Source of the DNA: Basidiobolus meristosporus CBS 931.73
Taxonomy: Eukaryota; Fungi; Basidiobolomycota
DNA: 64,000 nucleotides
Assembly: GCA_002104905.1 (NCBI GenBank)
Contig: MCFE01000275.1
Coordinates: forward strand, 1 to 64,000
Direction: 5' to 3'
Made by a program: the position numbers and the translations under genes. Positions 24,840 to 37,859 of the stretch are shown piece by piece. Below the pieces are notes generated by a model. The model searched no databases, was not told the origin of the DNA, and saw nothing but the letters and a program-made list of their open reading frames with translations. Positions within the stretch are counted from its first letter, which is position 1. Each line of letters begins with the position of its first letter.

Positions 24840-27800
24840 TACTGGACAAGTCTTAGTCACCACTGGACTCATTTCCAGCCCTAACTTTGCCACCTTTTTT
24901 CAGGTCCATTTCTTAAGATGACTTCTGCCTGTAAGCAGAACAGTAGAAGCATCTTCTCTGTGACGGAATAGTTTGATGGGAAGAACAACAGCCTTTGGAG
25001 AATCAAGATGCAGGCCCACGTAGATGAAAAAAGCTTTAGAAGATGGTAAGAGGAAAGGAGGTTGAAATCAAAGGAGCAGCAGAAGAAGTTGAAAAGCTTC
25101 AATGGAAGGGGAGAAAGCATTATATGCCATATGTACCAATGAGCAAGATTCCTTCATCAGACAGGTGTATGATTCTAATACTGCCAAAACAGCATGAGAA
25201 TCCTTAGCAAATATCATTAGCAAAGTCAGGTTCCGGCAAGCGTTGTAGTGGGGTGACAGTGACACCCACTAACAGATGTGCTCATTCCCTTATTTTCTAC
25301 TTCCCTATATCCCTACTACACTCATTTTAGTTTTATCCCATTTGTCTTACCCAATCAGTACTATCCCATAAGCCGGTTGACTATCACACCTGCTTACCTT
25401 ATTGCATAAGTTACCCCTCACTTTATGTAAGATTACTAGTTACAAGTGCTTCTATATTAGGCAAGTACCCGCGCCAGTACCCGTGACACATGATCAACCC
25501 GTGTCACCATCCCTACCATTTCCATACCATATATGGTATCCCCATGTTACACAGGTTTCAGAATACTGATTCCTGATTGGTTGGATGTGCTGTGCCTCTT
25601 AGAACCTTCCGGCACCTACTTAGAACATTCTTAGGTCATTCTGATCTCATTAAGATTTCTATTGAACTCCGGAACCTTCTGGAACATCATGATTAGTAAT
25701 CACTTAGCCAGTGAAGAAAAGTATATAAGGGAGGCTATCCCTCAACAATAAATCATCATCCCTTTTATCAATATACCGACTTGTTGATTAGTGTGATCAC
25801 TGCTACCTGCTGCTACCTGAACTTCCAACCCTAGACCACAGGACACTCCCAGGAAACCGCGCTGACAGCCAACTGACCTTGGAGGCACTACTTGTGAGGA
25901 ATACTCAGAGTAGGTATCTTTTATTATATTTGATTCTTTCCCAAGTTTGTTCTTGTACAGGCAAAGATACTTTTCTGTCTTTGTAACTATTGACCACAGC
26001 TGCATTCTTATCAAGTCCCTGCTGGTGGAGTTTACAGTTGTTTTGACTTTGGAAGCTTTAGTACATTGTCATCTCAAAGGACGCTGAACCCAGCACATAC
26101 TTTTGTTAAGACGCCAACTAAGTTGGGGATTGTAGCTCAATAGTTTTCCCTTGACAAGCTTGTGGCTTTATCCCCCTTCACATTAGATTAGAGACAGAAC
26201 CCAAGTATTCCTAGCAAGCTTTTGCCAGAGGTTATCGCACCCAGTGAACACCCCACACACAAAACACTTGAGAAGTGTTGGACGTATCTCTCCCTTGGAC
26301 CTATACACCACCACAGCGTTATTCAAGGAGAAAGTTCCACAACATGAGGAGGAAGCCAAAGGTTAACATGCTACAACTCATTTTCAGAATGGAGACACCT
26401 GCAGAGAAACTTTACAGTATCAATGCTGGTGTAGTTGATGAAAAAAGATACCCTGTCTTCTTAGCAGCTTACCAGACAAGAGTTAGCTACTCAGACTTTC
26501 TTTTGCAAGCCAAAATGACAATCTGACTTATATGAAGTCAACGGGAGACTCTTTGATGATGAGCCAATGCCAAAGAAAATGCCTTATTCAGCTCAGTATG
26601 GCTCACTGACAAGTAGGGGAAACAACAGAACTGAAGAAAAACAGGTTAATGTAACTACTCTAAGAAGCCAGGGCCCTGTGCACAAGAATGCAAGAAAAAC
26701 AAGCAGAAAAAAAACAAAAACTAAAGCCAGCGAACCATATAACCTCATGCAAGCAGTTACTTGTAATTGTACAATAGGGTACAAGAAATCATGGTAATGA
26801 ATGCTGTATTAGCTCTGTTGAGATATCACAGAGATATGTTGGAAGTAATATGGAGAATTAGAAGATATACTTGATATTCACATATTGATTAATTGAGTTG
26901 CAACACAATGTTCATACTTATTGCAGAACTACCTATATGTAACTGCTTGGCAAATATAAGGGAAGTTTCATGAGCACATGTGCTAAGATTCAGCTGTTTT
27001 CAGCAAGCTGCAGACTTTGCTCAAAATCTGTACTTAACTAATTTCTGATAATTGGTAGATATCTTGTAAACTAATATCTGAGAGACAGCTTTTTGTTAGA
27101 AGCTACCACTTGTGGGTCTATGCAGCAAAATGTGGGTGATATCTCAGTGGTAGCAGTGGCAAAACTGACTAACTTACTCCATGTGTCTGGAATAGTCAAA
27201 AAACTGTTCTCAGTATGGAAAGTAACTAATCAAGGACCAAAATATGGCTCTACCAAGCTAAGCTGCTCATTATTAGGTGAAAATAGACAAAATTTATCTT
27301 TCTGAATCCAAAATCACAATATGAACAAGATTCATTGCACATTCATTGTATTTGGGTATATAAGCACTGTTAAACTAGTGTAGCTGATTGGAAGACATGA
27401 CATAGAAGGCTAGGACACATCACAGAACAGAAAATGCACCCACCTGTGAAAAAACAACTTCTTTTGGGTCCAAATGACTCAATTGCAATCAATTCAAGTG
27501 TCTCTAATAGTGCTCACAGGACAAACTAGCCAGGAAATGTTTCAAGAGCCCAGGAGGCATTGACATCACTGAAATACTAGCTATTGTGCACTCAGACATT
27601 TGTGAGCCCATGCAAACACTGTCCTGTGGAGCAAAGAGAGGCTTTATAGACGTTATTGATGACAAGAAAGGATGTACATATCTGTATATCTGTAAGACAA
27701 AGGATGAGGTTCCTGAGATGCTTAACAGTTTTGAGAATAAGGCAAAAAGCAAACTGGGTGAAAATGGAAGGAACTTTGAAGTGGCAAAGGAGGGTAATAC

Positions 27801-28640
27801 TGTTCTAAGGAGTTTGCAGAGGTCCTGCTAAACTACTGGTTTACTTTGACAGAGCACTGCTCCACAAACTGCATGGCATGATTGAGTAACAGAATGTGCC
27901 ATTGGAACAATAATGTAAATTGGAGGTTCTTAATACATAATATGGGAAGAGACTACAAGTTTTGTGCCAAATATGTTGCTACAGCAATATTCATCAAGAA
28001 TTAATGCCCCACAATTACACTACACAAATCTTTACCCTTTGCATCTTCTAGAGGCCAAAAACTTGACCTCCAGTATCTTTGGATTTTTGGCAGTGGTACT
28101 GTCTATCAAACCCCTGACAAAAATGCCTGGAGTTAGAACCAAGTAGCACAAAGGGGCTTATTCATAGCAATTGTGAAGATACCAAAGTGTATAGAGTGTA
28201 GGATGGCAAAATCTAGAAGCTGATCACAAGCAGGAATATTGCATATGAGGAGCATACAAATCAGGAGGCCTCAGAGCTCCTTAGACAGGTGCCAGATGGT
28301 GCAATCCCAATTAATGAAAATGATATGCGCCTAATGCAGCCAAATATGGAAGAAAATTTGACCAGTTCCAAATTAAAAGAGATTAGACCTGTTTGGTGAT
28401 CTACCAGAATTAGAAATGCCATTGGATCTTGGTGGCAGACATCCAATGACCATGAAGAATCATATGTTGCCTTGTGTTCCAAATCTTCAAATTGGAAGCC
28501 AGAAATGCAAAGTCTAGATGCTACTTTGTGGCAACAGACATTCAGGCAGACCATCAATACTGATGAAGGCAAAAATGTGGGAGCTGTTAGATTTACCAAA
28601 TGAGAGGAAGCCAACAGGATGCAGATGGGCCTGTAACAAG
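24840..28640 (+). mobile_element. Decayed Copia family B copy (partial LTR, gag to start of RT), split by a solo LTR C
   Basis: Colinear with about 19450..21890; MHSDICEP integrase motif in ORF 27586..27831. Confidence 0.8.
25244..26315 (+). repeat. Solo LTR family C, 1072 bp, 4-bp TSD GCGT
   Basis: tgtagtgg...ccaccaca imperfect terminal inverted repeat; GCGT at 25240-25243 and 26316-26319; the flanks rejoin into Copia gag. Confidence 0.9.
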
Positions 28641-28689
28641 TTTTATTTCAATAGTTGTATGCACAGCATTCATCCCTGGTCTGTTCATT

Positions 28690-29669
28690 TGCTAATAGGA
28701 TCCAATGATTACATTTCATGGTAGTTGGCAATCATCCAGGAAAGTCAACTCCCCATCTCTCAAAAGGTCTTACAGGTTCTAAGGGAAAGGGTTCTACCAT
28801 TCTCTGTGGTTGGCCTTGGCTGATTTGGCAATTTGGGCATGTTTTCACAAGCTTCTCAATATCTTGTGTTATAAATCTTGGTATTAGGGTTGTAGAGGAA
28901 TAGAGAGCTTAGCTAGTATTGAAAACACTAAAACTTGAACTAATTTTTATTGAGGTTCCAGCAGCCCCTTATATACAATTTTGCCACATCATTTGATGAC
29001 TAATTGTATTTCCTAATGTAGGTTGTAGCTGATGACCCATTTAATTGCATCATCATCACCCAATAAAATCCTACTTAATATATATATTCCTGTCTGATAA
29101 GGATCTGCTGATTATTTGCTGACTAATGCTATTGATCTGATAAATAACCATGATATACTGATAGGCTAAACATATAACTAATTGATATGACTAAGAAGTG
29201 ATCTAACTTAAGCATTCACGTGGTAGATAATAATATTCTCCCATTCTAAAGTTGAGAGGGTTCTCCTGAGTCTTTTTTCTTATGATACCAATATCTTGAT
29301 GGCTCTGTATTGTTGGCAAGTCTTGCAAGCTTGCGTATGCCTCTATGAACTAAATCTTCCCCAATATTCCCTTGTTTGTCCACTAGTTGGTAAGTGGCAA
29401 ATAGACATTCTCTGATGATCTTAAATGATCCTGTCCATTGTGGCTCAAACTGCTTCTGAGTATTGTTTCTCAGCAATGCAAAGTTCCCAATTGTCAATGA
29501 TTCTGGTGATATAGTCTTATCAAATCTCTGCTTCATCTTTTCTGCACTATGAGATACTTTGGTCTGTGCTGCTTGATGTCTTTGTACCAGCTGCTGGTGT
29601 CTACTTGGCTGACTGAGTTCTTCTTCTGAGGCATCTGTAAGCTTTGGTTATTTGAGATCTCCTGGAATC
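28690..29669 (-). mobile_element. Family E fragments: integrase piece, LTR (28867..29235), PPT and integrase tail
   Basis: Homologous to 12270..12430, 5152..5520 and 5521..5950. Confidence 0.8.
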
Positions 29670-29840
29670 TGTTGAAATATTGGACTATTTGGTATCATTC
29701 TGCAGCTAAAAATTTACTTAACAATTTTGGACCAGTCTTGGTCATTGTGGGACTAATTTCCAGCTCTAACTTTGCCACCTTCTTCAAATCTATGATATTA
29801 TGATTATTCCCTTATTCTCACGACAAATTAGCACTATTAC
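29670..29840 (+). repeat. 5' half of an LTR family B, cut by the element E insertion
   Basis: tgttgaaatattggactatttggtatc... identical in start to 4610 and 18330. Confidence 0.88.
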
Positions 29841-32800
29841 TGTTATGATCTGCTGTTTGAATGTTTAAGTAAGATCAGTTTTTGGTAAAATCAATTAGTT
29901 ATATATTTAGCCTATCAGTATATCACTGTTATTTATCAAATCAGTAGCATTAGTCAGCAAATGAATAAGCAGATCCTTATCAGACAGAAATAGATATATT
30001 AGGTAGGATCTTATTTGGTGATGATGATGCAATCAAATGAGTAATCAGCCACAGCCTACATTAGGAGATACAATTAGTCAGCAATTGATCTGGCAAAATT
30101 TATATAAGGAGTTGCTGGAATCTCAGTAAAGATCTGTTCAAGTTTTAGTGAATACAGTAGTAGCTAAGCTCCCAAATCCTCTACAACTCTTATACCAAGA
30201 CTTGTAACATTGGTAGCAGCAATAACCAGAAACATCCCTCCTGAAGAAAGAAGAAGTCTCCCTTAAGATGTCCAAAAATCAAGAATGGAGGAATGCTATG
30301 CAACATATCCTGGCCCAGAAGCAACAGTTACTCCAGATCCTTAGCTAGCAGCAACAAGGAATGACTACCATGGCCCAAAGCCAGCAAAACCCTGTCAAGA
30401 GCAACTTTTGTATGAAGGTCAAGCAGTACCATGGTAGAGTCAATGAAAACCTGGGTACTTGGCTCTTCCAGATTGAAGAAGCTTTCAAGGCTAAGGAGAT
30501 TGCTCCAGAAAGCAAGTTACATTATGCAGCCTCTTACCTGGCAGATGCAGCTTTGCAGTGGTTCCACAACAAGATCAGGTCAGCCACCATGATGGGATGC
30601 TCTACAATTGCTACCTGGGATAAGTTTGTGACGGGAATTCAGAATGCCTTTGAGCCCGCATACCAACAGGCACTACTAAGAAGAAAGTTGAAGACACTCA
30701 GACAGAAAGGAATGGTCCAAGAGTACATCTATGAATATAGTTGTCTACTTGGGCAAATTGAAAGAATGGACCCTGTGGATCAAGTTGAATACTTTATTGT
30801 TGGGTTGAAAGAAACAACTCATAAGGAAGTGAATTATCAATGACCTCAGATTATTGAAGAAGCCATCAAGATTGCCATTGACTATGACTCAGCTATGTTT
30901 GGAGTTGGGGAGCCCACAATGAGTAATCAGAGAGGCTACAATCACTATGAAAGAAGACAATCAGAGGCAATGCCAATGGAAATAGATGCTATGCAGAAGA
31001 ATCCTACCTCATAAGACTGTAAAAAGAAAGGACTTTGCTTCAATTGCCATCAGCAGGGACATATTGCAAAGTACTACCCTCAGAGAAGAAATGGACACCA
31101 GCCATCAAACCTTTAACCATATTGAGTCCATAAGGCATAGCAGCATGGAGGATGAACTTGAAGAAGACTCAGAACTTACCTTCCATATTACAGAAGATAC
31201 CTATCCCAGATGACCTCAAGCTCAGGAAAGCTATTATACTTGAATGGAATAATCAATGGAGTACCTGCCAAGATCATGATTGACTCAGAAGCATTGCATG
31301 AGTAGATGTCAGAGCAATTTGCTTTGAAAGCTGGAATCAACTTGGAACCCACCAAATCAACTTCAGTCTCAACAGCTGATGGGAACTCTCACATAATCAA
31401 CCGTATACTCAGCCAGTAAGGATGAAGATCACCAACCGTGAAGAAGATATACAGGCCTATATATTTGGGAACTGCCAGTTTGACCTTGTACCTGGGAAAA
31501 CCTGTCTATTTTGTTGTAATCCATCAATCAACTGGAGAACCCATGCTACTCAGATCCAGAAGGACAACAGGACCCATGAGTTATTACCTGCCAGACTGGA
31601 TTTTAAATTGGCCAATTCCAGTGTGTGTTAAATAAGTGAACTTATCAAGACATAGTTCTGTAGAGTACTAAGAAAAGGCACACAGATGTTCCTCATGGAA
31701 GTATTACAGGAGGATTCCTCTACTTTAGTACCCCAGAAGGTCCAGACTCTTTTGAAGGATTGTTCAGATGTATTTCTAAAAGAGCTTGCAAACCTACCAG
31801 CAGTCAGAGATGTGGATTATGCCATAGAAACAGGAGATAACCCTCCAGTGAGTAAGACACCTTACAGAATGAGTTCATTGGAGTTGGGAGAGATGAAGAG
31901 ACAAATAGATCAGTTACTGTGGCAAGGATATATTAGACCCAGCAAGTCACCCTGGGGAGCACCAGTACTTTTTGTGAAGAAGAAGAATGGAACACTTAGG
32001 ATGTGCATTGACTACAGAGCCCTCAACTCAGTTACTGTTAAGAATAAGTGCCCCATACCTTGGATTGACAAGCTCTTGGACCAACTCAATGGAGCCACTA
32101 TTTTCAGCAAGATTGACCACATGTCAGGATACAACCAGATTATGATAAAGCCAGAAGGCATCCTTGTGACAGCATTGAGGACCAGATATGGACATTACAA
32201 GTACTTAGTCCTGAGTTTTGGCCTCACCAATGCCCCTGCAACATTCATGACCCTGATGCAGACTGTCTTCCAGGAGTACTTAGACATGTATGTCATAATC
32301 CACCTAGATGATTTATTGATATACAGCAAGACAGAAGAGGATTACTTGGTGCACATTGAAAAGGTCTTGTAAAAGCTTAGAGAGAACAAGCTCTTTGTCA
32401 AGCTACCCAAGTGTAAATTCTTCAGGGAGCATGTTGAATATCTGGGACACATAGTGACTAGCACAGGAGTAACCTTAGACCCTAAGTAGGTTCAAGTCAT
32501 CAAGAATCTGAAGCAGCCCCATAGCATATCAGAGCTCAGATCATTTCTTGCAATGGTTTCCTATTATTGAAGATTTGTCAAGTCCTTTGCAAGTATTGCA
32601 GCCACTTTAACTGATATCCTCAAGAAAGACAATACCTACCAGTGGGACATAGCTTGTAAGAATAGATCAAGTTGCACAACTCAACTTGGTGCATGAATCA
32701 GATTGGCCTAGCCTATTACAAAGTACTTGGAGGACCAAGCCATTCTTAATGAGGTGGATGAAAGATTACAAACATGCCAAAATTGCCAAATCAACCAAGA

Positions 32801-34121
32801 CCAACCACAGAGAATTGCTGAGTTCTTTCCCTTGGATCCTATAAGACCATTTAAAAGATGGGGAATTGACTTTATTGAAAGACTGCCAACTACCAGGAAA
32901 TGCAACCATTGGATCCTAGTAGCAATTGACCATGCCACTAAATGGCCAGTGGCTAAAGCTGTACCTATAGCCAGTTGACAAGAAGTTGCAAGTTTCATCT
33001 ACCATGAGATCCTTATGAAGTTTGATTGCCCTGTAGAGATTCTATCCAATAGCGGTGCAAAATTTATGGCAAAGACATTGGAAGCTTACCTGGAAATGCA
33101 GCAGATCAAACACTTGATAACCCTGGCATATCACCCCAGAACTAATGGAGTCAATGAAAGGTTTAATGAATTATTTGGAAAAATGCTGACCAGTATGCCA
33201 ATGAAGTTGTCAGTTGATGGGATGAATATATAGACCAAGCACTGTTTGCATGCAGAGTCAGAGTACACAACACCACCCAGCAATTGCCATTTTACTTAGT
33301 GTATGGATATGAACTAAGGATTCTAGGAGATCTCACACAACTAAAGCTTACAGACACCTTAGAAGATGAACTCAGTCAGCTAAGTAGACACCAGCAACTG
33401 GAACCAAGACGTCAAGAGGCACTGACCAAAGTATCTCAAAGTGTAGAAAAGATGAAGTAGAGATTTGATAAGACTACAGCACCAGAAGCATTGACAGTTG
33501 GGAACTTTGTATTGCTAAGAAACAACACTTGGAAGAAGTTTGAGCCACAATGGACAGGACCCTTCAAGATCATCAGAGAATGTCCATTTGCAACTTACCA
33601 ACTAGTGGACAAGCAAGACAATATCTGCAAAGACTTAGCGTACAACAACAGACTCAAGCTTGCAAGACTTGCTGATAATACTGAACCATCAAGATATTGG
33701 TATCACAAGAAAAGAGATTCAGGAGAACCCTCTCAACTTTAGCATGGAAGAATGATATGATCTGCTGCTTGAATATTTAAGTTAGATCAGTTATTAGTCA
33801 AATCAATTAGTTATATGCTCAGGTTATCAATTTATCAGTATTATCTATCAAATCAGTAGCATTAGTCAGCAAATGAATCAGCAAATCCTAATCAGACAGA
33901 AATAGATATATTAGGTAGGATCTTATTGAGTGACAATGATGCAATCAAATGAGTAATCAGCCACAGCCAACATTAGGAAATACAATTAGTCAGCAATTGA
34001 TCTGGCAAAATGTATTTAAGTAGCCGCTGGAATTTCAATAACAATCTGCTGAAGTTTTAGTGAATACAGTACTAGCTAAACTCCATATTCCTCTACAACT
34101 CTTATACCAAGACTTGTAACA
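29841..34121 (+). mobile_element. Ty3/Gypsy family E element with both LTRs; internal deletion of RNase H; flanking 5-mers do not match
   Basis: LTRs at 29841..30209 and 33753..34121; PBS tggtagcagc at 30211. Gag 30361..31116 with CFNCHQQGH, RT 31686..32372 (IHLDD), integrase 32727..33742. Confidence 0.92.
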
Positions 34122-35660
34122 GGAATACTGTAACATGAAAAGAATTTGAGCCCAAAGGAACAGCAGAAGAAGTGGAGAAGTTTCAAGAGATGGAGAGAAA
34201 GGCCTTTAATGCCATATGTATCAATGTGCAAGATTCCTTCATTGGACAAATCCATTCCTCAAATACTGCCAAAGCAGCATGGGAATCCTTAGAGAAGATC
34301 TTTAGAGTAAAGTCAGTATTAAGCAAGCTTTATTTAAAACAAAAACTCTTCAACATGAGGAAGAAGCCAGATGATGACATGCTACAACTCATTACCTGAA
34401 TGGAGACACTTGCAGAAGAGCTTTACAGCATTAATGCTGGTGTAGATGATGAAGAAAAGATACTCTGTCTGCTTTGCAGCCTACCAGATAATTATGAGCC
34501 ACTAATACATTCTTTTGAAAGCAGAGAAGACAATTTGACTTTAGACTATGTCAAAGAAAGACTTCTTCATGAAGAACTCAGACATAAAGTTCAGGCAGAG
34601 AATATTGCAGATAATGCTTTATGCAGTTCAGAAAGGCACTCAGAAAAGAAGGGAAAGCAACAAAGCCAAAGAAAACCTAGTTGCTTTAACTACTGTAAAA
34701 AGCCAGGACACTGAACAAGAGAATGCAAGAAGAAACAAGCAGACAAAAAACAGAAACTAGAGCAGGCAAACCACATAGCTACTGATGAACAGTTATTTGT
34801 AACTGTACAAGAGAGTGCAAGTAACCAAAGTAATGAATGTTATATTGACTCTGGAGCATCCCAGCATATTTGTGGTGTAAAGGAGTGGTTCAGCAACTTA
34901 AAGGCAATTTCCGTAAGAAAGGTTTATCTGGGAGATAACTCTGCTTTGGAAGCTACCGCCAGTGGATCTATACAACTAAATATGAGTGATAGCTCAGGGA
35001 CAACAACAGCAAGACTGACCGACCTACTCTGTGTACCTGGAATAGCTAAGAACCCACTCTCAGTCAGTAAAGCAACTGCACAGGGACTGAAGTTTGTTTT
35101 TACTAAGATGAGCTGCTCAATATTGAGTGAAAATGGATAAAAATTAGCTTTGGGAATCAGAGATCACAATATATACAAGTTACAATGCAAGATCATTGTA
35201 CCTGAGTAAATCAACATTGCTGAAGCTGATGAAACCAGCTGAGAGACGTGATATAGGAGGCTAGGACACATTGGGGAACAGAAAATGAGCCAAATGATGA
35301 AATATCAGCTTGTTTTGGGCCTAAAATACTCAATTCCAATCAAATTGAATATTTGTAAGGGATGATCATATTGCAAATATGCTAGGCAGCATTTCAAGAG
35401 CTCAGAAGGCATCAATACCATCAAAATATTGGCTATTGTACACTCAGACATATGTGGCCCCATGAGAACACTGTCCTTTGGAGCCAAGAGATACTTGATG
35501 ACATTTATTGATGACAAAACAAGATATATATGGGTGTACTTCCTCAAAACTAAGGATGAAGCTTGACATATGTTTAAGTACTTCAAGAACATGGCAGAAA
35601 CACACACTGGGTTTAAATTGAAGGTACTACAAAGTGAAAATGGAGGAGAGTACTGTTCAT
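34122..35660 (+). mobile_element. Copia family B gag-protease-integrase fragment
   Basis: Colinear with about 19595..21125; ORFs 34172..34714 contain CFNYCKKPGH. Confidence 0.85.
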
Positions 35661-35689
35661 AGAGCTTGCAATTATCTTGCTGGCCAGTT

Positions 35690-37700
35690 GATACTTCTAC
35701 ATTGGCACCTGGCCATATTTGACACCTTGTGCTAACTAAGTCAGGTGAATTTATGATGCCTTTATGCTTGCCTCAGCCTTCTAAGTACAACATGCAGAGT
35801 GATAGCTCTGACAAAGATGGTTCACTGATGGGCTGTGAGCCTATCTCCCCTAACAACAGTACCACATATGAGCCAGGTCAAATCCCAATATACAATGAGA
35901 CAACACTAGTTGAAACAAATGCCAAGGATACTTTATGGAGCCAAGTGAGCCCAGTAATCCATCTACTGGTGAATGATGTAATGTTGTGGCTAGAGAGGTT
36001 GCATGTTTCCACCAATATCAGTAATGGTGGCTTTGAGGCCTGGTAACTACTTCTTGCCAAAATTATTTGGGATGCAAGTTACTATGTACATGATGCAAGT
36101 GGGCAACTCTCAAGCGGCTGGCAACATGGAATCCAGAGACTGTCCTGATTCCAGCATGTATTAACAGTTAAATGGCACTCACATCCAAAAATGCTACCAC
36201 TGAAATGTGTCCAAGTTGTCAGGAATCATTTCAAGCTTAATGAGCCCTTCTATATGCCAGAGAAATTCAAAAGAATTAGTAAGATATTACAGAGTATTCA
36301 CTACCCTAAGTACTTCTCACATACTCCAATCAATATTCATATGCATATGCAACAATACAAATGCAAAGACTGAATGAACTGGATATGTATTTATACAAGT
36401 GGTGTTCTGAAGCCATTCTTACCAAGAGTACATTGGAAGCATTGGGAGTCATATGTGGACATTGTAGGAACATTTATCCAGAAGCAGATCACCAATGCCA
36501 ACTTGACGCATCTACAGCTGTTGTGTGAGGAGTTTGTGATGGGATTTGAGTGGCTATACTACAAACATAAAGCTGAATGTGTAGATCTCTGCTGCTACTG
36601 TATCCATTCTCTACTCCATCTTACATGGTGTATGGAGAATATTGGGCCTTGCTTTACCTCTTGGGAGTTTCCTATAGAGCAGATGTGTGGGGAGATAGCA
36701 AGACAAGTCAGGTTGAAGGTACTACCATATTCTAATCTCATCAAGAACATTACCTTCAAGTCTGTCCTGGTTGTGATGAGTTGGCACATGGAGGACAGCC
36801 AGGAAGAGTTGGAAAATACTGAGGACAAATGTGCACATGGAGACACCTATACCTATGGCATCAAGAAGCTAGGCAGCCCCAACGCATGGGTAATCAGTCA
36901 AGTAATGCAAAGTTGGGTTGGGTGCAACAAGCTACTAACTTCTATTAAGAAAAATATACTAAGGTATGCCGGATTTCTCTTAGTCACAAGCTAACTTCTA
37001 CACCATCTAATACAGAATTCACACAAACAAGAGCCAGAGCACACCTATAAGGGGACCTAGAATTCAGCAAGGAGAATCAATATATTGGCTAAATACTGAG
37101 AAGTTCTTTGCAGATATTCAGGAGGTATGCATGGCAGAAGTGGAGACAACCAAGCATATGTTTGCCAGATGTATATGTTACCAGCAGTACAAGGTATATG
37201 GCAACTTGGCAAGTATCACACTGAAAAGCTGTAAAGTTGAGGTGATAGAAGTATGTCAATTGCAGTAGGTGTGCACCTTTGTAGAGGTTAGTAAGCAGGA
37301 GGCCATAGTGTTTTTTGATTCATACTATATATGAAGTACCCAAGGTGGTAGTGGGTGAGCAAGTAAAGAGGGGTGATTGTACAGTGGAATATATGAATTG
37401 CACAAGGGGAGGTACAAAAAGGAAATACCATTTGTCAAATTGGTACGGTGGCATTATACAGAACCAGCTGTAGGCCATCATACTGCCAATATTATGCCAT
37501 TGGAGTTTTGCATAGAGCTTGTTAAAACACCGTCAAGTTTCTTGCCATATAAGGCAATTAGATATCCTGGCCGGTTGGATCCATTTACAATAGTTGTAGA
37601 GCACAATAAGGCTGCAATAATACCATGCAATTACTGTCATAGTGCCAATCAAACCCTGTCAAGTTTTATCACTTTATTTGGTAGTAAAATTAGCAAAATT
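35690..37700 (+). mobile_element. CACTA/EnSpm-like (Tnp2/DUF4218-type) transposase remnant
   Basis: ORF 36374..36994 has FEWLYY..CIHSLLHL..IGPCFTSWEFPIEQMCG, resembling the HxLxHL..GP..WxFPxER motif of CACTA-type transposases. No terminal CACTA repeats were found. Confidence 0.7.
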
Positions 37701-37859
37701 TCATTGTGATCCTGTCATAAGATTGCTAAGAGGGTCACTAATCCCAAGCTTCTAGTATTATGAAGGTCTCTCAACCAGATCCTGATGGCTATTCTGGATT
37801 GGATCCACCGACAGGACCAAATTATTTTTCATAGGGTGAGGTATTTCCACAAATATCAG

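Noticed and set aside
31105-31125. Apparent +1 shifty-stop frameshift (CTT TAA C) between gag and pol of family E
   Set aside because: The minus-strand copy (about 14480-14510) has 2 extra nt that put gag and pol in one frame, so the shift is probably a decay indel.
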